Source: Cyanophora paradoxa CCMP329
Taxonomy: Eukaryota; Plantae; Glaucophyta
Reading direction: 5' to 3'
Length of the DNA stretch: 64,000 bases
Assembly: GCA_004431415.1 (NCBI GenBank)
Contig: QPMI01000179.1
Coordinates: forward strand, 130,987-194,986
Shown here: one piece after another, positions 24,295 through 34,120 of the stretch
Layout: every line of letters starts with the position of its first letter
Numbering within the stretch: position 1 is the stretch's first letter
Program-made: the position numbers and the translations under genes
Notes under the pieces: model-generated
Told to the model about the DNA's origin: nothing
What the model saw: only the letters and a program-made list of their open reading frames with translations
Databases searched by the model: none

Positions 24295-24397
24295 TCGGAT
24301 CACTCGCTGGGTTACCGATATGCAGGAGTTCAATTTTGAAATTCAGTATAAACCCGGCAAGTCGAATGCCGATGCCGATGCTCTTTCCAGACTTGTT
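24295..24397 (+). pseudogene. Gypsy RNase H C-terminal fragment
   Basis: RWVTDMQEFNFEIQYKPGKSNADADALSRL. Confidence 0.8.
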
Positions 24398-25039
24398 CGG
24401 ACGGCGGTAGTTGTCGATTCCGCCATTCTGCGGAGAACATAAGCTTGTTGCATTACAATTCGCTCATGGATATCATTTTCGAAGCTCTGTGCGCTCTTGG
24501 CCGGCTTGCCGAGGTCGCTTGTTCGTGATATCTCCGTTTTCTTTGGAATTCCGTGATTTTGCGGAGCTGTCTCTTTTCTTTCACTTTGGAATCTTTCAAA
24601 TTCATTCTTTCTTTCTTTTGGATTGATCTGAAATGTTTTCTTGAAAACTGGACTCGTCAAGCAACACTATTCGAGCAGTGTACTGTTGTAGACTAGGGCC
24701 CTTCCTTAGGTCCTTAGTTAACGACTGTATCGTGGATTCGTGGATTCAATCGTGGATTCCGTCCACCAGTCCGGCTTTGTGTTGTTGTTTGTTGTCGGCA
24801 GACCTTCGGTTATCTTGATGTGATGTCAAAAGGAAGCGCATAGCAGAAGCGTAGGATTTGGTTAGTTTAGTAGCATAGCGCTATGCGCACAGACAGTTTT
24901 CATCGAATTTTGAGTGCGCTGTATTGTTAGGCCGTCCTCCCAGTTCACTCTTTCACGGCCTAGCTCTGTCTATGTCGCGAAGCGAAGTTCCTCTCCCCTT
25001 TCGCCGTAGCGAATGTGACATGTGCGCTAGTGATACCCA

Positions 25040-28000
25040 ACACTGCATGCATGGGTGCTGAGATGCTCAGTGCCAGCCATATTGAAACCTAGGGCCCATA
25101 TCTCATACACCCCTGAGCAAGCTGCTGGGGGTTCTCAAGGGCGCTGGATTTGATTGTGAAGTCGGTTGAAGGCAGTTGCGAGTCTTTGCTGCCATGCAAA
25201 TCGGCACAAATGAAGTGTTGGCAATTGGGGCCTGCTATTGCTTGGCAAGGCAAGAGCACCTTTTCGGCGCTTTCTGCAATCAAAATCAAATTTAGTGCCC
25301 ATGATATAGGCCAGGTACACCTCTCCGTCAGTAAAAATGTCGGGATCTTGCAGGCATCATGATCAATTCTCATGATCATCATGAACACTGCATGCATGGG
25401 TGCTGAGATGCTCAGTGCGAGCCATATTGAAACCTAGGGCCCATATCTCATACACCCCTGAGCATGCTGCTGGGGGTTCTCAAGGGCGCTGAATTTGATT
25501 GTAAAGTCGGTTCAAGGCAGATGCAAGTCTGTGCTGCCATGCAAATCGGCACAAATGAAGTGTTGGCAATTGGGGCCTGCTATTGCTTGGCAAGGCAAGA
25601 GCACCTTTTCGGCGCTTTCCGCAATCAAAATCAAATCTAGTGCCCGTGATATAGGCCAGGTACACTTCTCCGTCAGTACAAAAGGTCGGGATCTTGCAGG
25701 CATCATGATCAAGTCTCATGATCATCATGAACACTGCATGCATGGGTGCTGAGATGCTCAGTGCGAGCCATATTGAAACCTAGGGCCCATATCTCATACA
25801 CCCCTGAGCATGCTGTTGGGGGTTCTCAAGGGCGCTGAATTTGATAGTGAAACCGGTTGATGGCAGTTGCGAGTCTTTGCTGCCATGCAAATCAGCACAA
25901 ATGAAGTGTTGGCAATTGGGGCCTGCTATTGCTTGGCAAGGCAAGAGCACCTTTTCAGTGCTTACTGCAATCAAAATCAAATCTAGTGCCCGTGATATAG
26001 GCCAGGTACACCTCTCCGTCAGTAAAAAGGTCGGGATCTTGCAGGCATCATGATCAATTCTCATGGAGTCTGGGCTGCCATGCAAATCGGCACAAATGAA
26101 GTGTTGGCAATTGGGGCCTGCTATTGCTTGGCAAGGCAAGAGCACCTTTTCGGCGCTTTCTGCAATCAAAATCAAATTTAGTGCCCATGATATAGGCCAG
26201 GTACACCGCTCCGTCAGTAAAAATGTCGGGATCTTGCAGGCATCATGATCAATTCTCATGATCATCATGAACACTGCATGCATGGGTGCTGAGATGCTCA
26301 GTGCGAGCCATATTGAAACCTAGGGCCCATATCTCATACACCCCTGAGCATGCTGCTGGGGGTTCTCAAGGGCGCTGAATTTGATTGTAAAGTCGGTTCA
26401 AGGCAGATGCAAGTCTGTGCTGCCATGCAAATTGGCACAAATGAAGTGTTGGCAATTGGGGCCTGCTATTGCTTGGCAAGGCAAGAGCACCTTTTCGGCG
26501 CTTTCCGCAATCAAAATCAAATCTAGTGCCCGTGATATAGGCCAGGTACACTTCTCCGTCAGTACAAAAGGTCGGGATCTTGCAGGCATCATGATCAAGT
26601 CTCATGATCATCATGAACACTGCATGCATGGGTGCTGAGATGCTCAGTGCGAGCCATATTGAAACCTAGGGCCCATATCTCATACACCCCTGAGCATGCT
26701 GTTGGGGGTTCTCAAGGGCGCTGAATTTGATAGTGAAACCGGTTGATGGCAGTTGCAAGTCTTTGCTGCCATGCAAATCAGCACAAATGAAGTGTTGGCA
26801 ATTGGGGCCTGCTATTGCTTGGCAAGGCAAGAGCACCTTTTCAGTGCTTACTGCAATCAAAATCAAATCTAGTGCCCGTGATATAGGCCAGGTACACCTC
26901 TCCGTCAGTAAAAAGGTCGGGATCTTGCAGGCATCATGATCAATTCTCATGGAGTCTGGGCTGCCATGCAAATCGGCACAAATGAAGTGTTGGCAATTGG
27001 GGCCTGCTATTGCTTGGCAAGGCAAGAGCACCTTTTCGGCGCTTTCCGCAATCATAATCCAATCTAGTGCCCGTGATATAGGCCAGGTACACTTCTCCGT
27101 CAGTAAAAAGGTCGGGATCTTGCAGGCATCATGATCAAGTCTCATGATCATCATGAACACTGCATGCATGGGTGCTGAGATGCTCAGTGCCAGCCATATT
27201 GAAACCTAGGGCCCTTATCTCATACACCCCTGAGCATGCTGTTGGGGGTTCTCAAGGGTGCTGAATTTGATTGTAAAGTCGGTTCAAGGCAGTTGCGAGT
27301 CTGTGCTGCCATGCAAATCTGCACAAATGAAGTGTTGGCAATTGGGGCCTGCTATTGCTTGGCAAGGCAAGAGCACCTTTTCGGCGCTTTCCGCAATCAT
27401 AATCCAATCTAGTGCCCGTGATATAGGCCAGGTACACTTCTCCGTCAGTAAAAAGGTCGGGATCTTGCAGGCATCATGATCAAGTCTCATGATCATCATG
27501 AACACTGCATGCATGGGTGCTGAGATGCTCAGTGCCAGCCATATTGAAACCTAGGGCCCTTATCTCATACACCCCTGAGCATGCTGTTGGCGGTTCTCAA
27601 GGGTGCTGGATTTGATAGTGAAACCAGTTGAAGGCATATGCAAGTCTGTGCTGCCATGCAAATCGGCACAAATGAAGTGTTGGCAATTGGGGCCTGCTAT
27701 TGCTTGGCAAGGCAAGAGCACCTTTTCGGCGCTTTCCCCAATCAAAATCAAATCTTGTGCCGGTGATATAGGCCAGGTACACTTCTCCATCAGTACAAAA
27801 GGTCGGGATCTTGCAGGCATCATGATCAATTCTCATGATCATCATGAACACTGCATGCATGGGTGCTGAGATGCTCAGTGCGAGCCATATTGAAACCTAG
27901 GGCCCATATCTCATACACCCCTGAGCATGCTGCTGGGGGTTTGCAAGGGCGCTGGATTTGATTGTGAAGTCGGCAGATGCAAGTCTTTGCTGCCATGCAA

Positions 28001-28817
28001 ATCGGCACAAATGAAGTGTTGGCAATTGGGGCCTGCTATTGCTTGGCAAGGCAAGAGCACCTTTTCGGCGCTTTCTGCAATCAAAATCAAATTTAGTGCC
28101 CATGATATAGGCCAGGTACACCTCTCCGTCAGTACAAAAGGTCGGGATCTTGCAGGCATCATGATCAATTCTCATGATCATCATGAACACTGCATGCATG
28201 GGTGCTGAGATGCTCAGTGCGAGCCATATTGAAACCTAAGGCCCATATCTCATACACCCCTGAGCATGCTGTTGGGGGTTCTCAAGGGTGCTGGATTTGA
28301 TAGTGAAACCGGTTGATAGCAGTTGCGAGTCTTTGCTGCCATGCAAATCAGCACAAATGAAGTGTTGGCAATTGGGGCCTGCTATTGCTGGCAAGGCAAG
28401 AGCACCTTTTTGGCGCTTTCCGCAATCATAATCAAATCTAGTGCCCGTGATATAGGCCAGGTACACTTCTCCATCAGTACAAAAGGTCGGGATCTTGCAG
28501 GCATCATGATCAATTCTCATGATCATCATGAACACTGCATGCATGGGTGCTGAGATGCTCAGTGCGAGCCATATTGAAACCTAGGGCCCATATCTCATAC
28601 ACCCCTGAGCATGCTGTTGGGGGTTCTCAGGGGCGCTGGATTTGATTGTAAAGTCGGTTCAAGGCCGATGCAAGTCTGTGCTGCCATGCAAATCGGCACA
28701 AATGAAGTGTTGGCAATTGGGGCCTGCTATTGCTTGGCAAGGCAAGAGCACCTTCTTGGCGCTTTCCGCAATCAAAATCAAATCTAGTGCCTGTGATATA
28801 GGCCAGGTACACCTCTC
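25040..28817 (+). repeat. Satellite B (~346-bp monomer, ~11 copies) with a local 886-bp HOR including a truncated 195-bp monomer
   Basis: cactgcatgcatgggtgctgagatgctcag recurs every ~345-346 bp; blocks at 25480/26366 and 25780/26666 are offset by 886. Confidence 0.95.
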
Positions 28818-28945
28818 TGATAGCCCCCCCCCCCCTGATGACTCTTGTCCCTTGGGTCTTGATAGTGTCTTGTCTTTTCGTCTTGTTTTTGTCTAAAAGA
28901 ACTATTTCAACTCTTCAAATTACCACTGTAAGCTCTTCGCTTACA
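28818..28945 (+). repeat. 5' LTR (128 bp)
   Basis: tgatag-C12-tgatgac...cttcgcttaca; identical to 33632-33759. Confidence 0.97.
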
Positions 28946-28947
28946 AG

Positions 28948-28959
28948 TGGTAGCATCGG
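28948..28959 (+). promoter_or_regulatory. Primer binding site TGGTAGCATCGG (probably initiator tRNA-Met)
   Basis: 2 nt downstream of the LTR; TGGTAGC start as in iMet-primed Ty3-type elements. The same 12-mer is at 37802-37813 (-) and six times in array C. Confidence 0.9.
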
Positions 28960-29104
28960 ATCTCACGATCCCTTGCTTGATTCTCCAAAAATTTCACATT
29001 ACAACCTCAGGCAAACCCTTGCGCGATTACAGCGCATTAATTTGGACACCGTGGAACAAGACGTAGAAGTAGACGTTGAAGACGATCAGGAAGACGAAGA
29101 CGAA

Positions 29105-32100
29105 ATGGCTGCTGAAAAATCAAAGTTCTTGCTGTCGCTGCGATCAATTCCTGCTGAGGAACGCTTTTCTGGAAGTGGAACTTCTTCCATTGATTACAGT
29201 GATTTTCTTATGAAAGTAAAAATGGACTTCGAATTCATGAATCTCCAGTTCACAGAGCGGGAAAAAGTGCAGATAATCACGTACCACACTTCTGGAATGG
29301 CCAATAAACATGTTATGCAAAAGTTATCGGGTGCTCCCGTTGTCGTGCCCAACGGGTTTTCTGCTGAGCTTTTAGAGGAGTACGAGTGAAATTTGACCTA
29401 TCGGAACATGAGTATAAGCGTCGGCTGGACGCGCTCAGCCCAAAGCTTCCAAATTCGAACGAAATTTGTCTTAAAACATTTTTGAATGAGGCTATTCCAT
29501 TGGTTGAGAAGGCTTTCCCAAATGCGTCTGATAAGGCTAAGGTAACTGAATTGGCAGCACGCTTATCCAAAATTCCCGGCTTTGAAGAAAAAATTCAAAT
29601 GCTTATTGTTACTGGCGGAATTCAAACGCTTTCGGATTTCGCTAAGGCCCGTGAGAAATTGGATCACGTTGCTGAGATCGAAGACAAAGCAATGAAGCTC
29701 AAGGCTCCAGTACCTGAAATTGGTGTGGCAAAAAGTAGTTCTACTTCTTCGACATCATCTGCGATTGCCACCTCTGGAACTGCTAATGTTGATATTAAAA
29801 TTGATGGATCGCAAAATTCTGGAAATATGGACAAGAAATGTCCTGTTTGCAACATTCCGTATGCCCTTGGCCCGCATCCGTATCCAAATGTTTGCCGAGC
29901 CCGCCAAGAGGGCTATGGTAGTGTGGGAGTGTGCCGCAACGGACGCCCCCTTCTGGATTTCGTGGTGGGATGCAACAGCGCCCTGGAAGTTATCGACCCC
30001 CTATTCAGTACCAAGGTGCTCCCCGACGTGTGAATGTTGTGGAGTCTGAAGCAGATAATGTACCTGATCTGAACAATTCAACTACTGATGCGTACACCAA
30101 ACGCACAAAGCGGATTTATGTGGCCCAGGAAATGCTAAGATTAAAGCCAGAAATAGAAATAAAGGCAGGGACTGTGCCGCTGGTGGTTCAAGGGGTACCA
30201 ACACGTGCACTGTTGGATACTGGAGCCGATGTGTCGTTAACTAGCACTAAACTGATTAAAAGGGTGCAAATGCCGCCTAATATCAGGAAACCTTCAGTGC
30301 CTTTGAAGGGTTTCACTCAGAACATTGTTCAGCCATTAGGTCAAGCAAATGTCACAGTAGAACTTGGCTCTTTGAAAACCAGTGAACCAGTGATTGTAAT
30401 GGATAAGTTATCTCATGAAGTTATCCTTGGTGGTGATTATATGATTAAGAATAACGTGGATATTTCGCATTCAAAAGGTGTAGTCTATTCAGACAACAAA
30501 CCAGATTTATTTGTTCCGATTGCATTGGAAAAGAACAAACACAAGCTTATGGTTGCAAAAACAGTTGACATTCCAGCACAAAATGGTGTTCGAGTGACTC
30601 TTCAAGGAAATGTTGACAACAAAGAAGGGCTTCTTCATTTTGAGCGAACTGAAGTTCTCCCAGGGATCTTTGCAATTTCTGGACTCCAGTCAATGGAGAA
30701 CAATACCACTTGGGCAGTAATGTATAATACAAATGATGAGTTGTTTCGACTGGAATGTGGGAAAGAAATTGGAGAGTGGCATGATTTGGACAGTTATAAT
30801 ATTGAACAGGTAGAAATTTGCAATGTAAATTTGCATCAGCATTCAAATCCAGTCAAATCTACAATTGACGAAGCGTTTAATAAATCTTTCTTTGATCAGA
30901 TCAAGAGGGAAATTGACTATGGCGAAACTGATGCATCACCTGAACAACTCGCCTGCATGGAAGAAATGCTTCGTAATAATTGTGATTTATTTGTTGAAAA
31001 ATTCAAGTTTGACCCAGCGCACTGCTTGCCTGGTGAACACAGCATTGAAACTGGTAATGCAGCTCCAATAAATGCTCGACCTATGCAGCATTCACCAAAG
31101 GACCGCGAGCTGTTCAAGAAAACTATTGACGACTTGCTTCAGCGAAACATTGCAGAACCAAGCGAGTCTCCATGGGCAGCTCCAGCATTCTTTGTTAGCA
31201 AACATGGAACTGATGAAAAGAGGCTTGTTACAGACTATAGACGGCTCAATGCTGTCACTAAGCGGGATGTTTATCCGCTGCCTAAAATACAGGATATGCT
31301 GGATGCGCTGCAAGGCAATGAATATTTTTCTAACATGGACTTTGCTTCCGGTTTCTGGCAAGTTAAAATGAGGACTGAGGACAAAGAAAAGACGGCCTTC
31401 AAAACTCCATTTGGCCTTTTTCAAATGAATGTTATGGCAATGGGGTTGACAAATGCCCCACCTACATTCCAACGTATTATGGAGCAAATGTTCAATGATT
31501 ACTTGTGGATTTCTGTCCTGATTTTTGTAGATGATCTAATCACTTTTTCGAAGTCATTTGATGATCATTGCAGGGACCTGCAGCTAGTGTTCAACAGGCT
31601 CCGCAAAAACAATGCGAAATTGAAGCCTTCAAAGTGTCATTTCTTCAAGAAACAACTGAAATTTCTTGGACACATAGTTTGCAAGGAGGGAAGGAGACCA
31701 GATCCAGAGAAACTAAAGGCCATCAAGAAGTTTCCAGTTCCAACAAATGCAACTGCTCTTCGTTCCTTCCTTGGCACTTGCAATTATTACCGGGACAATG
31801 TACAAGACTTTTCTAAAACAACATCGATTTTGTATGACCTAACTCAAAAGGACGTCATCTGGAGGTGGACTCTCGATCATCAATCAGCATTTAATAAAAT
31901 TAAAGATGATTTGCTTCAGGAAACCATGCTTCACTATCCCGACTTCAACAAACCATTTGTTATCGAAACTGATGCAAGTGATAAGGGCATTGGTGGAATT
32001 CTCTCGCAAGAACAACATGGAGTGCTAAAGCCCGTTTATTTTTACAGTAGGAAATGGAAGAATTTTGAGCGCAATATGCCGGCCTCAGAGGCTGAGTGTG

Positions 32101-33620
32101 CTGCTGTGGTGGATTGCTTGAGTAAATGGGATATCTATCTCAAGGGAGCTCCTAGATCTATTTTGTACACTGATTGCAAAGCTCTTGAATGGCTCTTAAC
32201 GTTGAAACCGGAGAAGGGCAAGTTGGCTCGCTGGGCTGCCCTCATCCAGCAGTATAATTTGGAGATTAAGTATCGAAAGGGAATCTTGAATCGCGCAGAT
32301 GGACCTTCCAGGTACCCTGTGGACTCTACACTGAAAATGGAGGAGGAGAACGCAATTAAGATTCTGAACTTGGAAGTTATGTCAAATGAGGACACGTTTT
32401 CACTTTTATTTGAGTCACAACGCTCAGATAAGCACTTACGAAGCATAATTAACATATTAGAAGGACATCCAAGCAGCGATGAAGCAATCAACCGGAAGGC
32501 AAAACTTTTCCGGCTGAACAAGGATGGTATCCTGGTTTTTGCGGCATCCAACCTGAACCCACGAGTAGTTATTCCCTCTTCCATGTCATTGGATCTCATT
32601 CGAGACGCTCATGATAATCCCTTGTCTGGTCACTTCGGCGTTGACAAGGTGCTCGCGCAACTCCGCAAAAATTACTTTTGGGAGAGCATGCAAGAAGATG
32701 TCAAAAAGTATATTGCACAATGTCAGAAATGTCAGTTTCGGAAACCTTTAACTGGTCGTTCGCAAGCACCTCAGCTGACAGTTCCGGCATCAAGACCCTT
32801 CGAAGTTGTTGAACTTGATTTTATCGGTCCTCTTCCGACTACATCTCGTGGAAATCGTTTTATCTGCACTGCAATCTGCGTTTACACAGGTTACGCTGAG
32901 GCCGAGGCGACTCCTTCCATGTCTGCTAAGTCCGCGTGCAACATGATCTACAATCACATTATATGTCGCCATGGCTCTCCGCGGATGATCTATACGGACC
33001 AAGGCGGAGCATTTGCAAGCAAGGTGACGAAGCTTCTGTTGTCAAAACTCGGCATCAAGTCAGTTCTCAGCACTGGTTATCGGCCTATGGCTACAGGAAA
33101 AATCGAACGGCTGAATCAGACGCTCAAGAACATCATCTACAATTATATTAACGAGGACCACGACAACTGGGATAAATATTTGGCTCCGGCGTTGTTTGCA
33201 GTTCGGACGCACGTAAACGCAACCACCGGAACATCGCCGTTCTTTTTGACGTACGGTCGTGACCCGGTGATGCCATACGACACCTATGTTCCAACTGCGG
33301 AATCGCGACCTCCCGATTACGTGACACAAATGATTTCCGATTTGAACGCTGCGATGGCGAAGGTGGATACAATTAGGCTCAAAAAGGATTCAAAAATTGC
33401 GGAGGCAGCGGCCAAAAACGACTGGACAGAATTTTGCATCGACGACATGGTCCTTCTACGCGACCCATCCTCATCTGGTTTTGAGCCTCGATTTACAGGG
33501 CCATATGCGGTGCTCAAGCGTACCTCAGCGGTCAACTACCTGCTCTGGGACCCGGAACGCCCAAAGTTTCCCTTCGTAGCGCACGTCGATCGAATGCGGC
33601 CCTACGTAGCTCAGATCTAG
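29105..33620 (+). CDS. Gag-Pol polyprotein (capsid, atypical Zn knuckle, protease, dUTPase-like spacer, RT, RNase H, integrase with GPY/F); two single-base frameshifts at ~29372 and ~29926
   Basis: ALLDTGAD protease; LIFVDD RT; ETDAS..EAE..TDC RNase H; H-X6-H..CQKC and D,D,E integrase; FTGPY. Adding one T to T4 (29370-73) and one G to G3 (29925-27) gives a single ~1500-aa frame collinear with family 2. Confidence 0.92.
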
Positions 33621-33621
33621 C

Positions 33622-33631
33622 GGAGAGGGGG
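33622..33631 (+). promoter_or_regulatory. Polypurine tract
   Basis: ggagaggggg directly before the 3' LTR, 1 nt after the pol stop. Confidence 0.9.
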
Positions 33632-33759
33632 TGATAGCCCCCCCCCCCCTGATGACTCTTGTCCCTTGGGTCTTGATAGTGTCTTGTCTTTTCGTCTTGT
33701 TTTTGTCTAAAAGAACTATTTCAACTCTTCAAATTACCACTGTAAGCTCTTCGCTTACA
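33632..33759 (+). repeat. 3' LTR (128 bp)
   Basis: Identical to the 5' LTR, including the C12 run. Confidence 0.97.
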
Positions 33760-34120
33760 TCTCCGTCAGTAAAAAGGTCGGGATCTTGCAGGCATCATGA
33801 TCAATTCTCATGATCATCATGAACACTGCATGCATGGGTGCTGAGATGCTCAGTGCGAGCCATATTGAAACCTAGGGCCCATATCTCATACACCCCTGAG
33901 CATGCTGTTGGGGGTTCTCAAGGGCGCTGGATTTGATTGTGAATCCGGTTGAAGGCAGTTGCGAGTCTGTGCTGCCATGCAAATCGGCACAAATGAAGTG
34001 TTGGCAATTGGGGCCTGCTATTGCTTGGCAAGGCAAGAACACCTTTTCGGCGCTTTCCGCAATCAAAATCAAATCTAGTGCCCGTGATATAGGCCAGGTA
34101 CACCTCTCCGTCAGTAAAAA
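33760..34120 (+). repeat. Satellite B continuation (~1 monomer)
   Basis: Resumes at tctccgtcagt and ends at the junction with the family 2 integrase. Confidence 0.95.

Larger units (their letters stand above)
28818..33759 (+). mobile_element. Full-length, very young Ty3/gypsy LTR retrotransposon (family 1), 4942 bp, inserted in satellite B
   Basis: Identical 128-bp TG..CA LTRs, 4-bp TSD tctc (28814-28817 and 33760-33763), PBS, PPT, domain order gag-PR-RT-RH-IN. The satellite monomer resumes exactly across the insertion. Confidence 0.98.

Noticed and set aside
24400-25025. Possible minus-strand LTR (tgtcaca.. near 25020) and gag start (ORF 24343-24660)
   Set aside because: No partner LTR, the candidate PBS (tggtggac) is not preceded by CA, and there are no gag motifs.
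1798-28896. Numerous 60-260 aa ORFs within satellites A and B (and D)
   Set aside because: They are translations of tandem repeats on both strands with no domain signal.
28838-28945. Hydrophobic signal peptide or Env-like leader encoded in the LTR
   Set aside because: It arises from the T-rich LTR, the ATG is only 20 nt into U3, and the family 2 LTR has no ATG.
28921-28959. Tf1-style self-priming instead of tRNA priming
   Set aside because: Intramolecular pairing covers only 6-7 nt of the PBS, while 12 nt are invariant across three families, implying an external tRNA partner. Not formally excluded.
29365-29935. Programmed ribosomal frameshifts in gag and at gag/pol
   Set aside because: No canonical slippery heptamer. 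Each break is repaired by adding one base to a homopolymer, and family 2 is continuous at both positions, so sequencing error or a point deletion is simpler.
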